From positions 53,918,788 through 53,982,787 of the forward strand of contig CM120640.1 of the NCBI GenBank assembly GCA_051362555.1: a stretch of 64,000 nucleotides of DNA. The letters are read 5' to 3'. The DNA is from Lingula anatina (Eukaryota; Animalia; Brachiopoda). Both the position numbers and the translations under genes were made by a program. Below are positions 37,128-49,600 of this stretch, in pieces (the first letter of the stretch is position 1; the number at the start of each line of letters is the position of its first letter). The notes below the pieces were generated by a model. That model was given only the letters and a program-made list of their open reading frames with translations. It searched no databases and was not told where the DNA came from.

Positions 37128-39233
37128 TTACTTTATAATTCTTGTAAAATAAGGCAATTCATCGAGGTCCGCCTTGTAGTTTAAGTGCCAACCGCAGTTA
37201 ACGACACTTCCCGTTCGCTCATCTCTCCATTTATATGGGGGCACTAAATATACATCACGAGCCCTAGCCCCCTGTTCAAGCACTGGGGCTACTAACAGAT
37301 CATCGCCAAGTAAAAATTCAGAATCAATTGTTAGAGATATATCGTCCGTCGCATTTATCCACCAGAGTGGTCGGATTATTGGCGCGCCTGATTCAGAAAA
37401 CTGCTTGGCAAGAGAAATAATAGTGGGTGCGAATTTTTTATGAAGGTCAATCATTTTCTTTGAAATGTTGATTATCTCGCCATCATATGCCCAAGGCGGA
37501 ATTGAAAATTGTAGAGAGGGGAGAAAAACGTTTGCCTCTAACCATCGTATGAATAGTTCACGGTCTGGGTAAGTTGACGCGTAGGCATTACCCCCTATCA
37601 TATCTGGGAGAATAAACGGATAACCTAAGATGCCAAAGGTAAGTGCGTCTGGGATGAGCGTTTTAAGCCCGTTATTATACCCCCAGACAGAGTCTTTGTC
37701 TAACATCCGAGTGAATATTGGGGTATCCTGTGTCCTCCAACCAACGCGAACCTCTTGATGCCGTACGTCTGAATCGGCGTCGTATGCCATTTTAACATAC
37801 ATAGTTGAGTACAGACTCGGGTTAATACCGGGGGATGCCATGTAAAATGGAGAAGGGGGTAGCCATCCAGATTCCCCGGCATCGAATTTGAACGAGTTAA
37901 TACCGTAAATGTTTTTCAGTCTGTGAAGTTTGGCTAGAAACCAATTTTGGGCGTTCATGTTTGTAGCATCTAATATAGCGCCAATACCGTCCCACCAGAA
38001 TGTTGGCTTTGGTGTTCCACGTTTGGTTTTGACAAAGTATCCGTTTGCCTTACCCTCCTGATAAGACTGGGATAACAAGCTAGCAAATGGATGAACCCAA
38101 ACTGTTACACGGAAGCCCTTGTTGTGTAGCTGTTGAACCATTCCTTTCGGATCAGGAAATTTTCTTGGCTCAAATGTCATGTCTCCGTAATGCGGTGTCC
38201 AGTTATCATCGATCTCTATCTGGGAATTACTGAAATTATATTTCAAAATAGCGTCTGCGAAATCAATCACAGTTGATTGATTGATCGTTTTTTTATATAA
38301 TGCCCACGTTGACCATATCGGCGATGTAAACATTCGTTCATCTGGTATCTTATTTGGAGGTGGTAGACTGAAAAAGTTCTTCGCGGCAAAATTACGCATT
38401 TGCAGAGCGTTGTCCGAAGAGCAAATGTTATATTTAAGAAAAGGTGGCAAGTCATCATTATTTATATAGGGAGAGTTTTTGAATCGACCCATCAAACAGA
38501 TCTTATGGTCACCACTTGCATTGACACTGACAAATAACGGGACGTCTTCAGGTACATAGATCCCAACGCCTCGAGAACCAAACACCAACCGCTCAGCCAC
38601 GCTTCCATATGCAGTCTTCGCACTTATACTATCATGGGTAACGAATGGAGCGAAGTTCATAGACCAATTTTCTATGGGCCACTTTTGGTCGAAGACTTGT
38701 CCAAATCCATACCAATGTGCCCCAGACATATTGTAACAATCAGTAAAATCATTAATGTCATATGTCAAGGCCTCCCACGAAACTGAAGTGCAACGCACTT
38801 CCTTAGTCAAAACAGTTTCTTCCATTACAAGCCTTGCTTTATTTTTCCACTCTAAACATGTTCTCTTTTCTCTGCTTCTACTGCACTGAGAAATAGGTGC
38901 AGTGCCATTTGCCAAACTGATACCGACGCAGCCCGACAAAATGACCGAAGGCTCGAAGTCGTAACTAGTCTTTCTTGCGTGCAAATTCATAACCTGGGAT
39001 TGCGGTAGGTATGACACAGCTCCAGCATTATATTGAATGTGCTTTGCACATGCAAGGTTCGTCAATAATTGTTCGTTTTGGCTTGGGGCCAGCAGAAAAA
39101 CATTGAACATTACCGTCATAGATAACAGTAGTGAACCAACAACGACTGCACTCAATGAAAGCATGACTACAAAGGTCAAAGGTCTATTGGGCTGTGGAAG
39201 ATACCGATGATCTGGACTTTTTCCGAAAGACAA
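37128..39233 (-). CDS. MYORG: GH31 family myogenesis-regulating glycosidase-like protein, copy 2
   Basis: 701-codon ORF beginning at a splice acceptor (39233); first in-frame ATG at 39164, start uncertain. TM anchor, PIWSTWA, QIEIDDNW, KFDAGE, LDKDSVWG, LPDMIGGNAY. Confidence 0.92.
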   Translation of the reverse strand: MSFGKSPDHRYLPQPNRPLTFVVMLSLSAVVVGSLLLSMTVMFNVFLLAPSQNEQLLTNLACAKHIQYNAGAVSYLPQSQVMNLHARKTSYDFEPSVILSGCVGISLANGTAPISQCSRSREKRTCLEWKNKARLVMEETVLTKEVRCTSVSWEALTYDINDFTDCYNMSGAHWYGFGQVFDQKWPIENWSMNFAPFVTHDSISAKTAYGSVAERLVFGSRGVGIYVPEDVPLFVSVNASGDHKICLMGRFKNSPYINNDDLPPFLKYNICSSDNALQMRNFAAKNFFSLPPPNKIPDERMFTSPIWSTWALYKKTINQSTVIDFADAILKYNFSNSQIEIDDNWTPHYGDMTFEPRKFPDPKGMVQQLHNKGFRVTVWVHPFASLLSQSYQEGKANGYFVKTKRGTPKPTFWWDGIGAILDATNMNAQNWFLAKLHRLKNIYGINSFKFDAGESGWLPPSPFYMASPGINPSLYSTMYVKMAYDADSDVRHQEVRVGWRTQDTPIFTRMLDKDSVWGYNNGLKTLIPDALTFGILGYPFILPDMIGGNAYASTYPDRELFIRWLEANVFLPSLQFSIPPWAYDGEIINISKKMIDLHKKFAPTIISLAKQFSESGAPIIRPLWWINATDDISLTIDSEFLLGDDLLVAPVLEQGARARDVYLVPPYKWRDERTGSVVNCGWHLNYKADLDELPYFTRIIK

Positions 39234-40003
39234 CTGTAAATATTGAAATAAAAAAAGCTGTTTGTATAGCTCGTTTTAAACATTTGATAAATAATTGTTA
39301 TAACATATACTTAATTATGTTTTTAAAGACACAAATGTATGTGATTAAAGCCTCAACATGATAAGTACTTATCCAAAAGCTATGAAAATAAAATGGTACA
39401 ATATGAAAGAAATCAAGTCTGACTGACCGTATTATCAACACGTATGGGTTCTATCACTATCTTAGCAAAACATTAATATAGTTTAGCGTTTGGAGAGAAT
39501 GTCACCAAAATATATTTTTAAGAATGCAATTACTTTCGTTAAAATAATCCGATCATGCTGATCTTCGAAAGGTAGGCCTACCTGCAATTTACCACACAAG
39601 CCGTTTAGTATATCTTAAATAAAATGAAAAACACTGTTTTTTTCACTCATAGACTAAGCAACACAAGTGTTGGGCGGCGACAGCAAACACAGCGATCAGA
39701 AAATATACAGAATATACAGTGCCCGTATATAAAATATTTAGAGAGAGGGTAAAAGACATTTATGTTTTAAGTATAATTATTTAATAAGCTATTCCGAACA
39801 CTATACGCAATGTCTTAATGATCCCTGCTTAAGGATATTCCCTTACCTCGGCTTTCTGTGGGATGGTATCAAGGAAAAGCACATTTTTATCCTCCATTCT
39901 GCACAAATAGCCTACCTGCTAAAACTGGAATTGAACTGACAGTCTGTGGACCACTAGATCACATTGCCTACTGTCATATGGCGTTACGAACAATGGGACT
40001 TAA

Positions 40004-40340
40004 AGGGATAATAACTCTTCGTTTCGGCCAAAAAATGAATTTTCCTGGAGTAAACAACAATTTTCCCATACTTACCAATGGTTAATGAATTCCTTTTTAC
40101 ATTTAAAGTTAGTCCTTGGTTTTTTTCTAAAAAGTTTGGTTTTTTGTTAAAATCTCTTAAGAGATTTTAACAGAGTATAGCCATCAATGGAGGTCACGTG
40201 GTCTAAAGACAAGCTCAGATATCAGAATAATAGCTATCACTGCCGTTTTTGTGGTAAAACAGAATATATTATATTTCTATGAGTTATTCACAATGTTTTT
40301 ATTGTAAAATATATATCTCATACGAAGAGTTATTATCCCT
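40004..40340. mobile_element. Kolobok-type MITE
   Basis: Perfect 19 bp TIR agggataataactcttcgt / acgaagagttattatccct with TTAA on both sides; AG...CT termini. Confidence 0.85.
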
Positions 40341-42020
40341 TTAAACGTTTGCATACTGATGTAATGTGGTACAAACTATTATCAGTGGCAGAACAGGATT
40401 TTGATAATTTTGTACCCCAAACTGATAGGGGAGACCTTTATCCATCAAACGCTCTATGTAACCATCCAGTACCTTTGAAAATGACATACTGAGTAGATGT
40501 TAAAAACAGAAGTGAGTTTCATTAAAACTAACTCGAGCTGACTTTCGCCATATGCAACTGCCGACAGACTTCAAGAAAAATGATTTGATTAGAAAAAACT
40601 AACGTTTCACTGGTTCAATAACTTTAATATTTACTTTATTTTTTTCCATTACTCTTTCGATGCCGTTTGCTAGGGTTTATCACTATCACGCTGCTCGACA
40701 TTAATGCAATCTAAACCAGCAGATAGCTGTATTATCTTTTGCGTGTAATGCAGCATTACTACCGAGTGTTTGTGAAGTTTCCTTTGGGAACATTCTTAAT
40801 TCCTCTGTCAGTATTTCAAACTTAAAATTTTGGTCACAGGGAGGTGGTTGTCACATGATACTACAGTAGATCTTCTATCCACGTGTAGGAATTGCACGTA
40901 TTATACGCGTATACAATTTGTCACTTTCTTTCATTTGATATATTTATGAAAGCCAGATTTGTGGCATCGAATGAAATTAAATATCAACCAGAGAGATTTT
41001 GGGAGAAGGGATGGTGTTGACCAAATCAAATCAAATAAGAATACTAAAATGTTTAAATATTTTGAAAACATCAATGTATTTCAGTTTAAATTTTACTCCT
41101 TGTACAATATAATTTGCACCTTGTGATATAATTTGCATTAATCACAGTATGCTTAGTCTCATCCACTATCATTGTTATAATGTTTAGCCTTATTCAAAGC
41201 CTTCAAAATAGAGTTAACATACCAAAATTGCAAGGTTCACATTCCGTTTCACACTATAAACTTGATAACCAAGAATGTGTTAGAACTACTATAAGCTACA
41301 CAAAATGGAACAATATTGCACACTTTTCTTCAAATATAAAATATGTAAAGTTTCAGAGACAAGCGTGATAAGGTAAGGTAATCATTTTGTTATAAGTGTA
41401 TCTGAAAGAGAAAACAATTTAAAGTAACTTTTCCTTTAACTGTATGGCAACTAATCAAAAAAAAAAAAAAATCAGCATTCAAGGAGTCTTTGGAAAGGCA
41501 CAAAACTAGGCAATGTGTGAAACTACACGGATTTTACATTGGCAAGTGTGAAAAATAACTCTGTTTCAGCATCTGATTTCACATTTACAAAGTGCATTCT
41601 GTTCAACTAATGCATCATGGGTACCGTATGGACAAGTACATTGACATGATTGGCTACCCTTGTCATGTCAAGACTGCTCTAGGTTGTTCTGCATACAAAT
41701 GAAAAATCTGCATTACACATTAGAAACATACGCAAGTTCTCTTTATGAAAAATACAACTCAGTGTCTCTCTACATGTAAAAAGTTAACAGTATGCTGACA
41801 GACAGGAGAGCACAAATTAAAACCTGTTAAGATATGATGTGAGCACATCATTGCATGGAAAAAAAACATGCACACTTCAAGAATCAACAGTCATTTTGTT
41901 ACAACAAAAGTTACCTTATGGCTGAAAAGTTAGAGGAATAAAATAAGTATTATCAGGTCAATCTTAGCAGCAAAAATGTTACATAAGCAGGATTTAAGTT
42001 AAGTACATTATGTCAATACA

Positions 42021-45000
42021 TCAGTGCTTTTCAACAAAGTCCTCTAATTTTGCTGGTACATGTCCTTTGTATGGCAACTTTTGAGTTCTGATCACTTTGG
42101 CAGCCAGACACTGTAAGGAGATATATTCCAGTGGTGAACACACGTCTCCAATAGTGGCATTCTTCATGAGCTGCATAGGTGTACGCCCAGAAGCATTACA
42201 CATGTCTAAGTGAGCACCATGGTTCAGCAATACACGCATCACATCTAGCTTGCACGGTTTGTTGGCAGCTGCTATGTGCAGTGCTGTGTTGCCTTCAACA
42301 TCAACATCTTCCAATGACGCCCCAACCTCCATTAGCAGGTTGGCCACTTCTGCAGAGGGAAAAGAGCAGACAGGGTATCGCCCAACTGTAGTTGTGTCTT
42401 TAGAACATGCAAGATGCAATGGAGTCTGGCCCTTCTGACCTCTAGGTTTCAGTTGTACCAGCTTGTAGATGGATTTTTTGAATGAAAATTCCTGCTCTGG
42501 AGAAAGTTTTTTCTTCATGCGTGACATAAGGCACACCAGATGCATCATTATTGTCAGGGTACGGTTAAAGTGAGAACCATCCTTTTCAGAAGGCAACATT
42601 CGGGCTTTCTCCTCAGGAGTCAGCTTAGCCAAGTAAGCCATTCCATGTTCTATCTCTGCTACACCTTTTTCAAACACTGACATGATGTCATTGAACTCTA
42701 CAGGATGAGCTGGACGACCTCTTCCATCAGACATCCAAAAAGAGAAAAGTTCAGCAAAGGAAAGGAAACTGCTCTGAGTCATGGGGCTCAAAGGTTCTAG
42801 CATTTTTTGTTGCATATCTAGTGCATACATCCATAGGACAATACAGCGGTCAAAATTCCCCATATCAGCATAAACGGCACCACGATAACGGATATAATAG
42901 GAAGTGTCTGGATGAGCTGGACCAAGAATTCTCTCACGGACTAAAAGGGCTTGCATACGCATGTCATCCGGATCTGAAATCAATTCGTCCAGCTCCTCAT
43001 ATGTCTTCACCTCAACTGCATTCTCATAAGCTGCAACAACTGAGTCTGTTGTTGGTTTAGGTATTATGCTTTTGTGGTCTCGATGTCTCTCATCCAGTGC
43101 CATTCTCCAGTACTGAAGGGCGCCTAGCATGTCACGTTTTTTGTCCACGTAAGTTGCTCCCAGCAATTCCAATGCATCTATTTTTTCTTCTCTGGCAATG
43201 TCAGATCTAGTAAGTAAGTACTCAACCACCTTTGTTTGCCCAGTGACACTGGCAGCCAGGAGAGGAGTCATACCATAAGCATCTTTGTCCATTCGAGCAT
43301 CATGACTGAGGAGTAATTTCATAATTTCAACACTTCCTGACTCAGCACAATCATGCAGGGCTGTATTACCTAGGAAAAATGACATTAAAGCTTAAAATAC
43401 AATAGAAATAAGTTACACTTTGAATAATTGTGTAAAGTTTAAATGTTAGCACATACTTTCAATCTGATTCAAATATCATTAAAGAAAATTTTGGGACCTG
43501 TTACAAAAAGTAAAAAGTAATTACAAGGTCAAAAAATACAGTCAACTGTCAAATGCTTTATTATTGTATCTAAAGAGCACAGGGGTCGAAACAGACGGTC
43601 GCCCACTCGCCAATGCGACTTAGAAACGTCCCGGGCGACTACCTGTCAGGGGTACTGGTCCGTTTTGGCGACCGCTGAAAAGTGCCAAACATCGTTGCCA
43701 AACCCACAGTCTGCGACGTTAAGCACTAGCCGGAGGCAATTGCCCACCTAAAGTGGCACCGGGCTAGTAAAAAAGTTGAAATTTTAATAAGCACTAGCTG
43801 TAATTTTGAACCTATATTAACACTCAGTAAGATTTCAAAAATATGAGTCGCCAGTCTTCTTTGTTCCTGCCTCTAATTTGACGTTTCTAGATAGTATGAT
43901 ATGCCTCTCAGTTGAAAAAAAATCACACCTAGCTCAAACTACTGAATATTGATTAGTTGCTATAAATAACTTCACTGTAGTTATTAATAGTACCAGTCTG
44001 TCTGATCAGCGTGTCGGCATCTTTTTATTTGACCAGTTTGTTGTCATGACTACAAATTGCTGTCAATCAAGAAACTGGATCAGACCGGAATTCTTTGGCA
44101 CTAGCAACAGGTTTTGTCAAAACAACACTGTCTCCGAAGCAAGTGTAATGTATGCGTTATCTCATAGAACATTTAGGTTAGCACCACTTAGCAGACTGAG
44201 GTGGAGTATTCTATTTTCTTTTTTGTTTATATTTTTTATTTATAATTTTAATGTCCATGAGTAAATACATGGCAGTTACATAAATACCCTATGAACTATT
44301 CTTGACAATGTGGGATAGTTCGGTTTATGCCATGGCTACCCCTCCACACTTTGTCCTGGTAAAGTCCTTGAAAAGTTGTTTTTACAAATATATAACCAAA
44401 AGAATTGTTACCAAAAAAATTGTAAGACGTTTGTTTAACTACCCTTACAGCACCTATGTATTTTAAATTAGAAGTGGCATTATATACCGATGTAGTTGGA
44501 AATAAATTGTCAGAAAAGAGCCATTGTCAATAAAAAGAATAGGAATTAAAAAAAAAAAAAGATTTTGATTGCATATAAAAAATGGAAAAAAGATATAATA
44601 AAAATATGAAAAGTAAAGGTAACTATATTCAGTATTACAAATTAAAAAAAAAAGAATTTTTTCAATATTAAAAAAAATTAAATATATTTTAAATTAATTT
44701 TACCACCCCATCAACTGGAAATTAACCTGATTAACTTTGTTATTCACTTGCTCTACTTCTATAATAAGGTTTATAAGAAAGTACAGTATGGTACCACAAC
44801 TCTTTACAACATCTGCTTAACCTTTTTAAATGAATTATTTAAATTGGGCTAGTGTTTTTTGGTTCGGGCTAGTAAAGTTTGAGAGAAGTTTTTTTCGTTT
44901 CGCGTTCAACCCCAGAAATTAAAGTTAAATTAAATTTTTAAGATTAAAATATGGATATATGTAGAAGTTATATTTATTTCATAATAATTTTTTATATATC

Positions 45001-45403
45001 CATTTTATTTTTATATATTATGATGATGATGAGCTAGCAGAGGAGGATGTGTACAAACAGTTAAAGGAACTGACTGAATTATGAATGTGTTTAGATAATC
45101 ATATAGAAATAAAAATGGATGTTAAACATGTATGCATTTTCGTTATATCTAGTAGCTTGAAACTACTAATTTTTAACGTAAAATTTTACGGACCAGTACT
45201 TCTTGGTACGGACCAGTACCTCTAAGGTCCACTGGTCCGTATTGGCCAGTCCTGCCCAAATTCTGTTTTGACCCCTGAGAGCATTTCTATTTTATTTACA
45301 ACACCCAAGTCTTTAATTGCAGTCAGTCTAGTATTCTTGCAGGGAACTTTAAAATGTTAAACTTAACATGAAAATATATTTAAACTGCCATGTGTTTTAT
45401 TGG

Positions 45404-45452
<49 letters not shown>

Positions 45453-46000
45453 ACACCCTTCACACTTTTTCTATTCACATCAGCTCCAAGGCTAAGCAAG
45501 AACTTCACAATCTTGTAATGTCCTTTATAGCAAGATATCATAAGGCATGTATGACCGTGGCGATTGGCTATTTCAATATTGGCCTTTCTCTCCACAAGGT
45601 ATTTCACAATCTCAAAGTGGCCATCAAAACAAGCAGCGCGTAATGGTGTAGAGTTTGTCAGTGTGGTGCTGTTTACGCCAGCCCCTCCTTCAATCAGGAA
45701 CTTGGCAACCTCAAAATGACCAGCTGCAGCTGCGCACCACAGGGGAGGGGCACCTTCTATCGTTTCACCATCGAATGTTACCTGTCCCACTTGCTCCAAC
45801 TCGGCCCTACAGTGTTTCACAAGGTACTCTACAACTTCACTGTGTCCATTTCGACTTGCTGCGATAAGTGGAGTTGCACCATTAGTCTTTGCATGGATGA
45901 GCTTTTGCACTTCTTCTTTCGGACGATTATCCAGGAAAATGCGCAGTCTGCTTACTTTTCCGTCTCGAGCAGCGTTATACACAACACTTTTGAACTCCAT
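42021..46000 (-). CDS. FEM1C: Protein fem-1 homolog (FEM1A/C type, CRL2 substrate receptor), 2 coding exons
   Basis: complement(join(42021..43369,45457..46000)), 630 aa. Ankyrin repeats VYNAARDG, FDGETIEGAPPLWCAAAAGH, NSTPLRAACFDGH; DALELLGATYVDKKRD; RERILGPAHPDTSYYIRYRGAVYAD; C-terminal SLQCLAA. Confidence 0.95.
43580..45277. mobile_element. 1.7 kb non-autonomous hAT-like element in the FEM1 intron
   Basis: TIR caggggtcgaaacaga / tctgttttgacccctg (1 mismatch), direct repeat agagca on both flanks, sub-terminal short repeats (cactagc, ggaccagt). Confidence 0.85.
45406..45450. repeat. (GA)n microsatellite next to the FEM1 splice donor
   Basis: Read directly. Confidence 0.95.
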
Positions 46001-46099
46001 TGTACTTCTAATGGCGTCTCAGTCGGTTAAAGTCTGCCAGTTAGAAAAAAATTAATTCTTTCAGCATTTTCAAAGAGAAAAATTAACTAAAACCATACT

Positions 46100-46480
46100 T
46101 GTAGTGTTTGGGAGACGATTCCTGAAAATATGGCGACATTTTCCTCACGACGCGTCGCTTTTTCCAAGACAAGCTATCGGCATATCAAATTCCTTCAAAC
46201 ACTGACCCCTATCGTCAAATTGTAAGGTGGAAAAAAACTGAAAGAGAAAGTTGAAAGAGTGACACTTTTGGCTTGCTATATATCTATAAATTATTTGATT
46301 TCGGCTGGGCTCAAAGCTTGCGCTTCAAACAGTTAAGTAACGTTTACTTTAACGCTATTCTTTGTGCTGTTCGAGCTTACGATAACTTCAAAAACAGATC
46401 TAACATCAATGTGATGGCGTGGTTAGAAATTGGGATGGGAATTTCCCAAGGAATGTGAATCTACCGGAAGTTGGACTGGA
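46100..46480. promoter_or_regulatory. Probable bidirectional promoter between FEM1 and the RIP-like kinase
   Basis: Divergent start codons only 670 bp apart; CpG-enriched, with a YY1-like aaatatggcg (~46127) and an ETS-like ccggaagt (~46464). Confidence 0.5.
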
Positions 46481-46669
46481 AGAATAGTAGAGACATTTCA
46501 GTTGGTATTGTTGTTCTTTTCTGAACTGTTAACTTATCTTCGGAATCTGTCATGTACTTTAAATGCTAAGGCTACACATATTGGTTAATATTCCATTTAC
46601 TAGTATACTCCCAGTATGTTTTTTATGTATGAAACTTGCATTTGAATCTTGACATTAGCAGGTGACAAG

Positions 46670-49600
46670 ATGACCGCTGCTTCATTAGGAAATGACATCC
46701 CATTCCACCAGATTAAACCTGAAGAAATCCAAGTTGAAAAGAGTCAGAAGATGCTGCTTGGTCAAGGTGGTTTTGGGGCTGTGTATAAAGGGATCTATTT
46801 AGCTCATGGTGCAAAACAAATTGCTGTCAAAGTCATGCACACACAATTTATTCCAGAGGGAGGGTTATTAAAACAGTAAGTGCTTCATTGATACAGGTAA
46901 AAGAAACACATTAATTAAAAGAATATAGGATGATGCCACTTATTTGGACAGTTTTTTTCCATAATTTATCTGGAGGTGTATGTTGTTTCATTGTTTTTTT
47001 TTTTATTGTTCTGTTTTATTCCTATCCATAATGTTCTTGGTTCTTCACTTAAAATTTTGATGGAAGGCATTATTTGTATTTTTACCCCTTTCATTTTAGT
47101 AAGAAAAAAGCTATTAAAATAATGTTTCTGGGAATTGTGTGTACTATTGGATTTGTGAATCCTTTTAAGTATTACAGACAATTCTTGCTCAGTAAATAAA
47201 ATTATTTACAGAATTGAAAATGAGCTGTTAGAGGAGGCAAAGAATATGTATGCAGTTCGAAGTGAACATGTTGTTGCAATCTATGGCATGATTGTTGTTC
47301 CTGAAGACAAAGAATATGCTTTAGTGATGGAGTTCATGGAGCACGGATCTTTGGACAATCTGATGAAGAAAGTTGATTACAATATACCATGGCCAGTTAG
47401 AATGAACATGCTCACTCATGTGGCTTCTGGTCTTGTCTGGCTGCATGACAAAAAGATGGTTCACAGAGACATTAAAATCCAAAACATTTTGGTTAACAAA
47501 CATTTTGTTTGCAAGGTAAGAGTGAAGGTGGTTTTTAACTGTAACTGTATCAAAAATAAGGGGCATTCACATCTAGCATGTTTTATGTTATAACTTCTCC
47601 CATATTTGTTATAGTTATATATGATGAAATGGTGTGTTTTTCTTATTTCTTTTATGTTATTATTTGTTTTTAAAGAGATGTAGCATTGCATGCAAGTTAA
47701 TCCTATAGGATAATTTTTAAAAACATATATCTGATTAACTACGGTACTGTTCTACTTTCTGGAGATATTCCTTTGGGTGTCAATTTTTATACCATTATGC
47801 CTTTCTGTACATGCACATGTCACATCATCATTTAGAGTTAAATATTTATGTTGCAAAAATATGCATCAAGGTAAGAAAAAAAAAAACAATTAAAAAATCA
47901 GATATGCACAGATGTGTCTGTACATATAGCCATTACCATCATGGCCGTCATCGCCCTCGCCATACACTTTCACTGATAACATGAACAGTAGAATACCATT
48001 TTACCTTTTGGCTTCAAACTTACAGAACTGATGGGTCAAGTTTGAAAATCAGCATGAACAGGCCATTTTCCTAAATGTTATGCGTTTTTTTTTTTTTTTT
48101 TTTTGCTTTTGTTGGCATACATGCAACACCGATAACACGATAAGTGGAAAACCATTATACCTTTTGGCTTGAAACTTACAGGTTGGCCTATCTTCTTGAT
48201 CAGGAAAAGCAGTCTAATTGGCTTCTTTTACTGTTGTACATTTTTGTGACATTTTTATCTTTCACATCTTTCATGAAGCCCAGTGGTAATCAAATTTACT
48301 AAGTGTCCACAATCGGCAATCCTCGGCTCATTCCGCAAGCTCCATACTAACCTCGGATGTGATAGGCGGAGAAATATGCACCAAATCCATGCATTTTGTC
48401 CGCCGGAAATGCCTTCTCACTCAATCAATTATTCTGCTCATAAAGATGTCTGCCAATACCCCTGATTTTTATGATGCTATACAGTTTATCAAACAATGCA
48501 CTAACTTTGACTTTGATTTAAAGGATAAACAGATACAAAAGTTGAAAGAATTGTGATCTAAATTAGCGCGAGGTTGAAAGTAGTTCCTTCCCAACATATC
48601 AACAATCAATATGGCTGCCTCCGTATTACGTCCGAGGTCATTGTCGAGTGCGGAGACAGCCGAGTAGTTCCGAGTGAAGTGTCCATGTTATTAATTGTAG
48701 ATAATTAAAAATTAATGGTAATTATACAGTTATTCATTATGTAATATTGCATCAAAATTGACAAAAAAAAAAAACTTCATGCACTGTCACCACAAACGTT
48801 ATGAAAAGAAAACTGTGTTATTTATTTTTTTTTTTTACTTACAAGAATGATTCTTAGGATTGTCATACAGCTCAACTTAGAAAACCAGCTCTATTGGATT
48901 ATTACTTTTTTTTTATTGAATTTATGCAATTTTTGTGAATTTTTCATTTTTCTCATTCTGGCATTTTTTAAGTATGAACTTGGGGCTGAAGCCTTATGCA
49001 TTTACTTTCATCAGTATTACCTGTTGTGCATAATTAATATTTGATGTTGACTATGCAGTTAGGCATAATGTATTATTGCATCAGCATTGACAGTATCCTA
49101 TTTTGTGCATTATTATTTTCTACTTTTTGTCTGTACATTTGAGAGCTTTGCTGCCTTGTTACATATCAGATGTATGAAGATATCATTGGTCCCAAAACTG
49201 CCAAATAATGATTTTGTTTTACTTGAAATAAAATGGGCTTTGACTGTAATTTTGGGTCATATTTGCAAAAATTATTACATATTTTGTTGCAGTTTCCTTT
49301 TATCTTGTAAAATCCAAAATAAGTCCTCAAAGTGTGTTTGGTGTTGAGAAGGGTAAATTGGCGGTTTTCTTCATAAAGATTTTTTTGTGAACCATTTTAC
49401 CTAGACTCCTCGTAGCTTGTTTTTCTTTGTTGCTGTTAGTCTCTATATATATTGTACTAGCAGTGTTTTAAAATCTGTTGTCTGTATATGCCAAAGCCTG
49501 GCAAATTAAAAATGTTGTATATTCTGTTTTGAACTTGAAAATATACCCTACTAAAATGGAGAACTATCAGTAAAAGCACCACAAATATGTTTGTGATTAT

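Noticed and set aside
42000-42023. Possible stop-codon readthrough at the FEM1 TGA
   Set aside because: Context is TGA-TGT rather than a leaky TGA-CTA type, and no meaningful downstream extension is evident.
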